NCBI GenBank assembly: GCA_013239625.1
Contig: MU056050.1
Location: 5,403,366-5,467,365, forward strand
DNA from: Lama guanicoe
Lineage: Eukaryota
Reading direction: 5' to 3'
DNA length: 64,000 nt
Shown: positions 26,375-38,520 of the stretch, piece by piece
How positions within the stretch are numbered: the first letter of the stretch is position 1
How the letters are laid out: every line of letters starts with the position of its first letter
The notes under the pieces: model-generated
Seen by the model: the letters and a program-made list of their open reading frames with translations, nothing else
Databases searched by the model: none
What the model was told of the DNA's origin: nothing
Made by a program: the position numbers and the translations under genes

Positions 26375-28572
26375 ATTCATGAAAGATAATGGAGCAGGAA
26401 ATATTAGAAATCTGTCTCCCCACTTCGGACAAAAATGGCCCTATCGGAACTTATCTGGCATAATGATTTTGGAGCTATAGAGTCCAAAGAAGGCTTGTAA
26501 CGCCCAAAGGAAAGCTTGGATAGTAAACTGTGGTTAATTTTACTCCAAATCAGCTCTTAACACTGTATAGATACTAATGATCCACCTTACAATTCAAAGG
26601 CAGGCAAGCGTGCATGTGTTCTTGGAGCAGTTTGCACACAAGTTCTGGGAGCCAGTGTGAACAAAATGAACTCCACATAACAAGGATCTGTACTTTGATC
26701 ACTGATTGCTGCTTCTGATCACAGAGATGCAAACAAAGAGGTGAAGGCCACTGTTGTTGCATATTTTACTATTGTTGCAAAGCCTTCCCTATCTTGTTGA
26801 ATAACTTCCAAAGGATTGAAAAGGAAGGCAGCATTTTTCTCCTTCATTAAACAAACCAAAAGAAATTCTGGAGCTGAAAATTCCAAGAACTGAAATGAAA
26901 AACTCGCTACAAGGAATGAAAAGCAGATTTGCTCAGGCACAAGAAAGAATCACAAAATGTGAAGATAAGACAATGGAAATTATTAACTCAGAAAAAAGAA
27001 AAAAAAATAGGAGGAAATTGAATACAGCCTAGGTGACTTAAGGAACACCCACAAATACATAGCACACGCATTGTGTGAGGCCAAGAAGAGAAAAAAGGGC
27101 AAAGAGAATATTTGAAGAAATAATGGCTGTAAACTTCTGAGTTTTGATAAAAGACATGAATAAGTATCTAAGAAACTCAGTAAATTCCAAGTAAGAACTC
27201 AAAGGGACTCACACTGAAACACATTATAATCAAACTGTAAAAAGCCAAAGACAAAGAGAATTTTGAAAGTAGCAAAAGAGAAGTGACTTGTGATATACAA
27301 GAGGTCCTCAATAAGATTATTAACAGATTTATCATCAGAAACTTTGGAGTCCAGAAGGCAGAGGTTGATACACTCAGTTTTAAAAGAAAAAATTGTCAAC
27401 CAAAAATTATGTATCTGGCAAAACTGCACTTCAAAAACTAAGGGAGAAATGAAGACATTCTCAGATAAACAAAAGCTGAGGGAGCTCATTTTGATTAGAC
27501 CTGCCAAAAAACGCTAGAGAACGTCTTTCAAGTTGAAAGAACAGGAGGCTAGGCAGTAAGACAAAAACAAATGAAAATATAAAGTTCTCTAATAAAATTT
27601 AATATACAGACAAATGTAAAAACCATTTTGGATTCTGCCTATACTTTTTAATGTTATACAAGATTTAAAACTTAAAGATAAAAAATAATTGTTAATATAT
27701 TAACTGGTTGCATGATATCTAAGGATGTGATTTGTGACATTTATAACAAAAAGAGAGGAGTGGTAGGGCTATAACAGGGTAGAGGTTTATATGCAATTGA
27801 AGTTAATTTAATATCAGTTTAAAATAGGTTCTTTATAACTTTAGGACATGATATGAAATCCCTATGGTAACAATAAAGAAAATATCTATAGAATATATAC
27901 AAAAGGAAGTGAGAAGTGAATCAAAACATAACATTACAAAAAAAATCAATGAAACAAAAGGGAAGGCAGTAAGTGAGCAGCTCAGGGACCTAAAAAGCTG
28001 TAAGTCATACAGAAAACAAATAATAAACAGCAAAGATGGATATAACCATAAATTTAAATGAATGAAATTCCCCAATCAACAGATACAAAATTGGCAGAGT
28101 GGATAAAAAAAGTTCAACCATATGCTGCCTAAGAGATGCATTTGGGATTTAAGTACACATGTAGGTCAACTGTGAAAGGATGGAAAAAACATTCCATGCA
28201 ATGTAAACAAAAAAAGCAGGGGTGATTATACTAGTACCAGTCAAAACAGACTTTATGTCAAAATCTGTTACAAGAGATTTTGTATAATATAATATAATAT
28301 AATTTGTATAATAAATACAAAGTTAATTCCCTAAGAAGATATAACAATTATATACATACACACATCATTGTTTCTATAGATATAAAGCAAACATTAGAAG
28401 AATTAAAGATATAGAAACCTCAAAAAATAGTAGTAGGAGATTTCAATATTCATTTATGATAATTAATAAAAAAGAAACACAATAAAGAAGTACAGGAATT
28501 AAACAACACTATAGATCAACTGGATCTAACAGTCATATAGAGAACACTCCATCCAACAATGGCAAAATGCAC
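26375..28572 (+). mobile_element. LINE-1: 5'UTR, ORF1, partial ORF2 EN
   Basis: ORF 27290-27517 'IRLLTDLSSETLESRRQ...VLKEK...MKTFSDKQKLRE' is the L1 ORF1 C-terminal domain; EN from ~28020. Confidence 0.9.
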
Positions 28573-28574
28573 AT

Positions 28575-30055
28575 AGTATACTACAGCATAGTAACCATAT
28601 GAAAGCACTGTATCTATGATTTAGTACTGCAAATGTTAACTATAGCCCTAAATCTCTTTATAACACGATAACTAAAACCATAATTCTATAATTATAACTA
28701 AATTTTTATAACATTATTACTACATCCCTATACTATAATACTAAACCATAACACTAACAGTATAACCATAACAATATAACTATAAACAGAATATCATAAC
28801 TATAAAAAAAACCACACAATCACTACAATGTGAAGACTATCACTATAACTATATACCTTTCATTATAACACTATAACTGTATCATTATAATTATGTACCA
28901 CTATAATTAAAATATTACAAACAAAACTATGACTCTATAATTAAACTTTATCATTGTGACACTGTAACTATAGTCTTAAAAGTGTAATACTAAATTATAT
29001 ACAACTAACAAAATGACTATAACCATATGACCATAGAATTGTAACTATAATCAAACAACTGTCATTAAAACCATCCTAATATCACTACAACCATAAAACT
29101 ATAATTATAAATATAGTAATTCAATTATACCATTATAATGACAACTATAATGCTCTACCTAAAACAATATCACTGTAACCTTAACACTATGACTATATTA
29201 ATAACACTGTAACTACATCGTACAGCATTATAGCTGTAACAGTAGCACTCACTATACATATAACTACAGGATGAAACCTAAGAATATAAACATATCCTTA
29301 TAACTATAACATTCTAACTTGTAACTGTAACAATAAGTCTTGAATAATAATTATTACTCTAAAACTAAAATAAATTTTTATCAATAACTGTGACTCTTTT
29401 ACCATACACATGCAACTAAATTCTACATCACAAAACTTATAAATACAACAATATAACTGTAACAACTTGATTCTGAATGTAACACCATAACTATAGCATA
29501 ATAACACTACAGTTATAAATGTATCACTACTATTTTTACAGGTCCATACAAACTATAATAGTAACACTATAATTACAGTGCTAATACCATATCAATAACA
29601 TTGACACAATATCTATATCATTACCATAATAACTACAATTGTAACTTTAAATCTATAACACCACCACTATAATTATATTACCAACAGTGTAACTATAAAA
29701 TTAATACCTTAATCATAATTTTATCACTGTAAATATAATTATAGCACTATACTATAACCTTAGTGCTATAACTTTTTAACTACAAAACTAAAATTATTAA
29801 CAATATAATTAAAAGGCTATAATTACAAATATAATAGTAAAATGGTAACTTTAAAATTATAACTCCACAATTACAATTGTAACACTGTAACAAACATAAC
29901 TACAACAGTCTATTATACTAAAAATGTAAATACAATAGAACTATATTACTGCAAAATGTAACTCTGTAACTCCAGCTATATTAGCAACAATGTAACACTA
30001 TAACTATATAAATATAACCGTATCATTATAGCTCTATAATTATATTATTCTATTA
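28575..30055. repeat. Degenerate (ACTATA)n / period-3 low-complexity tract, ~1.5 kb
   Basis: Dense actata, actgta, accata and attata units; strongly G-poor on +. Confidence 0.85.
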
Positions 30056-30126
30056 CTAACACGATACATACACATATAATATTCACAATGTACACAATAA
30101 TACATGTAATAGTTACTTTATACAGA

Positions 30127-30190
30127 TGTGTGTATATACACACATATATATATACACACACACACAAACACACAGACATACACGCACACA
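30127..30190. repeat. Compound (TA)n/(CA)n microsatellite
   Basis: tgtgtgtatatacacacatatatatatacacacacacacaaacacacagacatacacgcaca. Confidence 0.85.
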
Positions 30191-30209
30191 ATGAGCATCT
30201 CTGGCTCAC

Positions 30210-30950
30210 AAATAACTTTAAAATGTATTTTCTTACTAAAAGAAACAAGGACCAAGGTCTCTAAGAAAATGGCTTATTCCAGTTTTGGAGCAAGTGATAT
30301 TCATTATAAGTCTGGAAGGCTAAACAGAATGATATCAAGCAATATTTGAATCTAATTAAGCCTTATATAGAATTTAAAGAAAACATGAGGCACAGAACCA
30401 TAAGTTGAATAACATGACAAAGAAGTAAACAGATATCCAAAATGCTCTGTCACCTGCAGGATAATTGCTCTTTCTTTAACGAGTCAATGGTATTAAAAGA
30501 AAATTAAGTGGAGAATGCTTTAGACTAAACAAGGCATAAAAGACACCACTGATATTTTATGGAACTAATTTAAAACTGAATTCAGACACAACAAATTCAA
30601 CAGCACTATTTTGAGAATATTCTGGTAATCTGATTATGACCAGGATATTAGAACCAAGGAACAACTGTTAAACTGTTAGGTATTACGATGGATATAAACA
30701 TTATATAAATACAATTCTACATTGTTAGAGATGCTTAGCTAAATATATAGGAATGAAATGAGGTCAGAAATTTTCCCTGTAATTCTTTTTCAATGCAAGG
30801 GAAAAAAAGAAACAAAAGAAATGAAAAATAAGGTCACAGAATTGGCAAAATCTTGATAATCTTAGAACATGGGTAAAGGCAATATGGGGTTCATCATATG
30901 GGTTTACATATTTGTGTAGGTTGGAAATGCTTTATTTTTAATTTTTGAAA
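30210..30950 (+). mobile_element. L1MC-type 3'UTR fragments
   Basis: 'aaagaaacaaggacc...agaaaatggcttattccagttttggagcaag' and 'ggatattagaaccaaggaacaactgttaaactgttaggt'. Confidence 0.6.
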
Positions 30951-30959
30951 ACAGTATGA

Positions 30960-32700
30960 GTTATGAATAACTTAATAAGAATATATTCGAAGTTTTATGG
31001 AATGAGTAATGTCTAAAGAATACACAATAAAAACAGACTAATGAAATAAATATGAACTCTGAATACTTCCTCAATAATTAAGGACTAGAGCAATAGTCAA
31101 AATATTTCCCCACAAACTAAACTTCAGGCTTAATTGTCTTCACTAAAGCTTCTACCAATTAGTTAGGAAATACAGAATTAGAGTCTTAAAGAAAATTACC
31201 TACAGAATAAAGATTTAGAGACTAATGACCAACTTATTCATAATCTAGCATAACGTTAACACCAAAACTCAATAAATACATGAGGAAGATAAAAAACATC
31301 AGGCCAATCTAACATCTTGAATTATCAGTAGATGAAATGTCCTAACCGAAATATAAGCAAAACAATTTCAGCAATACATACAAAAACCGAAAGCTGGGTT
31401 CCTATCATGAAAGGAAATTTGGTTTAACATGAGAAAAATCAACTCATATAACATATTAAAGATAAAGAGTTAGAATATATCATCCTCACAGGCAATCTGA
31501 GAAATGTATTTGATAAACTAAAAAGAGATGGAAACAATGATGACCTGATAATGATAGGTATGTAAAATGTACAACAAAAACCATCATTAAAAATGTATAA
31601 TAGAGCTGGGTAACAAGTCAAGGGTGTCTGCTATGACCAACTGTACTTAACGTACATGAAGTTCTAAACAGTGACAGTGCACTAAAGAAAGGAATTCAGT
31701 AAAAGTATAAGTATTAGAAAGGAAGAAGTGAAATCTATATTTATAGATAAATAATTTTTCACAGGAAAATCCAAAATATATATGTAATACTCTTAAGAAA
31801 TAACAAGAAAATTTTAAAAATTTATTAGATATATAATCAATTTTTGGTTGCAGCATTATTTTTCTTCTTGATTAGTATTTGCTAAGGGTTGGTACAAGAG
31901 GTGAATTTGAAGGGACTGCTTAATGATTACAGGGTTTACTTTTTGGGAAATGAAAATGTTTTCGAATGGGGTTGAGGGAGTGCCTAAACAACATTGTGGA
32001 TGTACTATATGGCACTATATTTCACACTTCAAAATGTCTAATTTTATGTTATGTGAACTTTACCTCAATAAATTTTACCAATGCAAAAGTTACAAAAATT
32101 AACAATCCAATTTGAAACAGGCAAAAGACATGAACAGACATTTTACTGAAGAGGATAAACACGGCAAATGAGAATATGACAAGATGTTCAACATTATTAA
32201 CCATCAGGGAAATACAAAAAATAGAATCACAATTAGAAATCAATACACACTTAAACAATGCCTTAAAATATGACAGCATGAATGCCGGTGAGGATTCAAG
32301 AAAAGTGGTTTGCTCATGTATTGCTAGTGGGAATGTAATATGGGACAGTATAGTCTGGAAAAGAATTTCCTTTAAAATGAAACATGTAATTGCCACCCAA
32401 CTCAGTAACTGAACTTGAGAATTTATCTCAGAAAAATGAAAATTTTTGTTCACACAAAAAATCCGTACACAAATATTCATAGGAGTTCTATCCTTAATAT
32501 CCAAAAACTGGTATCAGTCCAAATATCCTTCAGGAAGTGAATGGTTAAAGAAACCTTGGTACATCCATTCCATGAAATACCACTCAGTGAATAAAAAAGA
32601 AACACACAATTTAGAACAAAACAATTTGGATTAATCTCAAGGAAATTACGCTTAGTGATATGTCAATCTCGAAATGTTATTTGATTCCATCTACATTGCA
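30960..32700 (+). mobile_element. Old LINE-1 ORF2 pieces with an embedded L1MB-like 3' end (~31880-32080)
   Basis: ORFs 32176-32412 (RCSTLLTIREIQ) and 32446-32634 (KNWYQSKYPSGSEWLKKPWYIHSMKYHS) are the ORF2 C-terminus. Confidence 0.75.
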
Positions 32701-32989
32701 CCTTTTGAATTTTATAATCACAAAAATATCCATCATTATGGGAAAAGCATACTGACAGTTTTATGGCGAGTCTTTGTATAGGAAAGTTAGTTATTAATAC
32801 AGAAAACCTCCCTTTGGGGATAAGTATAATCCTGACAGAAAATATGACATTCCCTTCTCGGCACTGGTTTCTAGAGACAATTAGTAAGTAAAGCCGAATT
32901 CTGTAAGAAATGTTTTGAAGTGATTGTTTGAATGGTACTTGGGAAAAGGTAAAAACCTTAAAACTTTAAATGTATCATTTTTTTTTTCT

Positions 32990-33290
32990 TAGCTCTCTGC
33001 TCAAAAGTCACATTATTAGCAATGGCTTCCCTGACCAATGGATACTCAAAAATCAGTCCTGAAATGTCACTTTCTGGCCTCCTTACTCTATTTTTCTGCA
33101 TAACACATTTCACCATCTTACACGCTATATATTTATTTCTTTGTTTTCTTTTTCTTTCTCCACACCACTTGGATATAAGTTCCACAAGAGAAGCTTTCTT
33201 ATTCCAGTGTTACACTCCTAGCAACTAGAAAGTTATTGGTACATTATACATGATCAATAATTATTTTTTAAGTGAATATATGAATGAAAC
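32990..33290 (+). mobile_element. LINE-2 (L2a-like) 3' end
   Basis: 'tctctgctcaaaagtcac...ggcttccctgacca', 'gatataagttccacaag', ending 'tcaataattatttt..gtgaatatatgaatgaa'. Confidence 0.8.
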
Positions 33291-34829
33291 ATTTAATTAT
33301 AAGAGAATTCTTTGTCTTTTGGTTGACTAAAACTGCCTCTGTTGAGCTTTTATTCCAAGCATTTGCTGAAAAGAATGATTTAGGTATTAGAAATATTTAA
33401 ATCATACTGGTTGTAAAAGCATGTATTTGACATATGTTATTAGTTCTCTTTTTAACACAAAGTTCATTATATTTCATTAAGCAATTCATTGTGTAGTTAA
33501 CACTTGTAAACAGATTAATGAAAGATCTCAACTCACTGGGATATGAACATGAGATAATTTAACTTTTTCCAAGCAGTACTATCAACCATTTTCAGTTCAA
33601 TTTTTGCTTTCTCCCAAGGCATCAGTGTCACTTAACATCTGAGTTAAAGTTCATAATTTCCATAGATTTAAGACATAAAAGCAGTCTCATTTAGTTAGTT
33701 CTTGTTCTATTCATATTAAAATTTAATCCTCTATTAATTTCAAAGCTTTCCTCTTTCTTGTCCACTTCTACCCTCCCCTCACACAAAGATAAATGATAAT
33801 GCCAGAATATTTCTTATCTCTTCTAAATTACTCTTCTTTCCCTGAGAATGCACTTCTGCTATTGGCATGGAGAATAGGGAGAGGATTAAAACATGTAGTC
33901 CCCTAAGGCACCTACTCTGAAAGGCTGCAGTCACATCCTAACTCAATGAAAATGGCACTCTGGCTTCTTATCTAGACTTTAGGGTTTGATATGGGCAGGA
34001 CTTGGCATCTGACACTGAGAATTACTCTCCTGTGAGATTTAGCTACATCTGGGAGCACTGTGCTGGGTTTCTATGTTATATGCACCTTTGCTTCATACGT
34101 TGCTATAAGCCTACAGTCTCCAAACTCATCTTACCCTTTGTTAACCTTAATATAGAGATAGTAACAAGTTAAATTTCTTCCTCCATATAAGGAATTTGAG
34201 GGTGGTGCCCCCTGCTATTTTTCCACATGACTGCTGCCCCCACCCCCACCCCGCCATATCTCTAACAGAATTCCACTTCCGATGATAATACTTTATGTTT
34301 CATTGAGCCTGAGGCTGTGGACACATTCAGCTAGGGATTTAAATGCTGGTATCCACTTCTAAACACATGGATTTCATAAGTGATTATCTCTCCCTTGACT
34401 TCTGAGAGAGAGAGAAAAAAAAAAGATAAAGGCTGACACCCTATTGGCTACTATGCATTCTCTTGCCTCAAAAAGTGTTAAGTGTTATCTTACAGATTTT
34501 CATGGTGAGGGTAGCAGGTGGCTAAGTTGGAGTCAAGCAAACCACTTCCCTATAAATTTAAACTTTAGTTCAGCAAATCCAACAGTTAAAATGCACTAGC
34601 CAGGAGGCAGGAGCATAAATAAGTGGACCCCTCCCCCCGCCGGCCAAGTGTTTAGAAAGGTGTTGCTGAATTTGACAGAACACAGATCTTTTTTCAGAAA
34701 GATATTTTAAAAACATTTTTGACTTCAACATGTTTTAAAGATCGTCTATCATGAATGCTGATCTGTTCTTATGGATGTAGAACACTGCTGTTCTAAGCAT
34801 CCCCTGAGACTTCTCTCATTCCATTACAT

Positions 34830-34975
34830 GCCTTGCTTACTGTTTAGCTGTCTCTCTTCCCTGGCAAACTCTGAACTCCTTAAAGGAAAAGAATGTGACT
34901 TCTCTTTCTGTATATTCAGCTATGAGCTCAGGGTAAATCATATACGGTTCTTAAGGAATATTTCTTGAATAAATA
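34830..34975 (+). mobile_element. LINE-2 3' terminal fragment
   Basis: 'aactctgaactccttaaaggaaaagaatgtg...aatatttcttgaataaat'. Confidence 0.6.
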
Positions 34976-36014
34976 TTTTGAATCCCATACTAAAACTTCA
35001 ATAATAGGGGTTAGCTGTAGGATTTTATTTCTTTAGTCTTGCTCTATTCACACTATTCACACGGGGACTGAATCTTAGGCCAGGAGTTAGGATACTTAAA
35101 ACATAAAATGTTTCCACATATAAAAAGGAAAGCATAATTTAATGATATAATTAATATTTATAGATAGTTATTAAGTAGTGAGCAGTGTTAACCAGTGATT
35201 CCAGGAAAACTAGGAGATTAAAATTACAATCAGATAGTATTGGAAAAACCACCTTAATGGCAAAAGTAAAGTATTTTTATGTGTTTTCATACTATAAAAA
35301 TAAGCAACAAAGATCAAGTACTTAAACAAATTTTACTCTTTTAAGTTAAGATTTTAACATAACATAGCATCTGTTTTTAAATTTTACTCTAATAAACCTG
35401 ACTTTAATTTTATTGCATCAGCAGATTCATCCTAAGCCCCTATACACTCTCCCCATTTTCTTTTAAATCTGAATATTGATTTATAACTTTTAATCACAGA
35501 CATTTATTTATAAACAGCCTGGTATATCAGTCTTTTAATTGCCCTAATTTCCAGAGGAACATAGACTCCTGAATGGCTGAGAAGGCACATGTCTCAATGA
35601 GTAATGAACCATGGCTACATATGAAGTTAAGTAACTTTCCCTGAAGTGGTGTCATAAGGTCCCTTCCCAACATAATGTAAGCAATATTAACAATAACTTA
35701 TGGTTAACTCAAACAGAAGAGGTCAGATAAGATCACTAATGGAGCCATTATGATGGTGGCTTCTAATTCTGTCCTGTGAGACATTAGGTCTCTCCAATTA
35801 TCAATGGCCCAATAGTAAAAAAACATTAAGGCATCAAATTACATACAGAGAAAACATAAAGAATAACCTTTTCTTTTCTTTAACAGTCTACCAGGAGTAA
35901 TATCACTGTAATGATACTTTTTCTTGAGTTGCACTTATATCTTTACAAAGTGCTTTTATCTATTCCCAGCTTCCTTATAACAACCTCAAGCAGTATAATG
36001 CAGATTTGTCCCAT

Positions 36015-36130
36015 AATCAATCAATAAGAACTTAATGAGTATCTGCTGTGTATGACATTGTGCTAGGTGCTCTGGGTGTTATAAAGAAGTATAAATATAA
36101 TAGTAAAATCCATAATAATAGGAGACAGTC
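36015..36130 (-). mobile_element. LINE-2 3' terminal fragment
   Basis: 'aatcaatcaataagaacttaatgagtatctgctgtgtatgacattgtgctaggtgct'. Confidence 0.6.
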
Positions 36131-37649
36131 ATTTAAGCTATGTTTTGTAACCAATAGACAATTTTCTATTACACCTTGGTTTTACTATTACTCAATCGGG
36201 ACCACTTGATTCTGGACTAACAAGAGCAAACCATCTTTCATGGAAGTTTATTATCTGTACACATCCCAGGGTAAAACTACAATCACACTTTTAGAGTAAT
36301 TCAACACATTTCTACAAATATACACATACATCTACTAGTTAAAAAAATAGCATATAAAAGTAAGACATTATAATGGTTCAATATAAGTATATTTTACTAA
36401 GAAATATCTACAGAATAAAGTTTTATTTTTTTCTGGACTTAAATATACTTAATTGAAAGTACATTGAAAGGTACATAATTAAAATACAAAATTTGTAGAT
36501 TCTCTAGTTAGTATATTCAAGTTTCAGTATCTAAGAAATTTACTATATATTGTTTCTCAAAACAATACTATTAAAACTTAATGATTTCTAAAATACTAAT
36601 TTTTAAAAAAATCTTAGTTGGAAAAAAGAAATACCTTTAATGTTTCATTAATATTTAATGCTAACGTTTCCTTCACAAGCTCATTTTAAATGAGCATAGA
36701 TTTCTCCAGTTAAATGTTAAATGATTTAGGGAAGAAGAGTATCCTTCAGGTCTCCACATGTATCCACATGTCACAGTGGAGGATATTTTATTGTACACTA
36801 GAAACAAACCATCCAAGTAATAGAGTTAATATGCACATTGCAGTAGAGTTGTAACTATAGTCAAGAAAGAGACATAATTTTACCCTAAAATTTTGTAAAC
36901 ACTAATATTTTTCATATTGTGATGATTGTGGACAAGGTATGTATCTTCATTTGTTCTATAAATTCCCATTAGTGCCTCTTAGTGTCTTCAACAGTATGCA
37001 TTATTCACAGTATTGTTGCAATTCAATGCCAACATTACTTTTGTGCAAATGGCAACTTAAGTAATTATACAATAGGCTGTAACTAACTGAAATATGAATA
37101 TTTCCCATTTGTACCACTGCTTTTCAGATCAGATTGTTAACGTTCATAAAAGTGCAGTAAGTAAATTACAGAACATTAGCTACATGATTTTTATGATCAG
37201 AAACCGCCATGTAATGGAAGTTCATGAAATAAAACCCCAAACTCAAGAGTTTATAAAGCAAAATTATATCATATCTTTTGCTCTCTTTTCGATGCCCTCT
37301 ACTTCAAAAGGCTGACAACATGATATGCACATTGTATGGCAAAAATGCTCATTGAAAGTATTTGCTTAGTTCATGGAGGCTTCCAAATATTACAGTTAGT
37401 GAAACTGTTGCTAGACTTATTTCTATCTCTTGCTCAAGTCACCTCCTCAAACCAAATTCTCTCACATCCATCTACTACACTTCAAACTTTAGACTTACTC
37501 ATACCATAACTTGAAAACACTGATTCCTCCCTCCTGTGGTGGCTTAGAGTACTGCATGTGTGTGTATCATTTTGTAATGGTATGGTTCACGGGTTCTCAA
37601 GTCACAAACTGTCAACTCTTCAACACAATAACACCTCAAATTACTGGAG

Positions 37650-38520
37650 TGCAGATAAACTTTTTAATAAATAGTGCATTGACAAGTGAGTCCATATCTT
37701 ACAGTATACACAAGAATAAATTCCAAATGTCGTAGGGATCTAAAAATAAAAAAAATTAAAACAAACAAGTGCTAGGAGGAAATATGGGTGAGATATCCTT
37801 TAACTTTAATGTAGGCAAAGACTTTCCAACTATGATTTAAAATCCATAAACTAATATGGAATGATTTCTAAGATACAGTGTTAAGTGAAAAAACCTCAAA
37901 TGTGTATCTTACTCTCTGTGTGAGAAATAGGGAATATAAAAAATTAAGATATATCTGCTCATTTGTGCAAAAGATGTATATGTTAGAAACTGAATAGACT
38001 GGTTATTTACCCATGGCAGGTGGAAAATAAGTGGCAAGAAGGGAGGAACTGGAACCATGCAGCAGGGATTAGAAGAAATGACAATTTCCAGAAAGTCTCA
38101 AACTCAGAATCATATTAATGTTCATACACACTGCAGAAGCTAAACATAAAAATAATTAAAACCAAACAGGACTGAGGTACTCAAATGGAATTCAAACACT
38201 GACAAATGAATCAAAATTATTATTAATAAATGATACAATCACACTGAAAGAAGTGGGGTAGAGAACATGTGGTATAACTATGACATGCAACTAGATACAG
38301 ATCGCAGATAATGAAATCCCAGTAACAGTGAGTCTACCTAGCCCACAGACCTCGTTCTCTAAACACTATTCTCCAATAAAAGAAACCAAGGCCCCGATGA
38401 GAAGTGGTGGTAGATCCACATGGGAAGCAGGAAATATGCAAGATGGGATTGAAATAATTTGTGCTTCTCAGAAAGTAAGAAAGGGCACAAAAGATGAGAC
38501 TTGTCAAAACAATACAGGAG
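37650..38520 (+). mobile_element. L1MC-type element, left part (ORF2 end and 3'UTR)
   Basis: 'ccatatcttacagtatacacaagaataaattccaaatg' (ORF2) and 'aaagaaaccaaggcccc..gagaagtgg..gcaggaaatatgcaagatg' (L1MC3/4-like 3'UTR). Confidence 0.7.

Noticed and set aside
28575..30055. CRISPR-like array or repeat-protein CDS
   Set aside because: No constant repeat with unique spacers, no long ORF in the track, mammalian context.
34505..34615. CTCF sites (tagcaggtggc, gccaggaggcag)
   Set aside because: Only partial matches; the 5' core positions mismatch.
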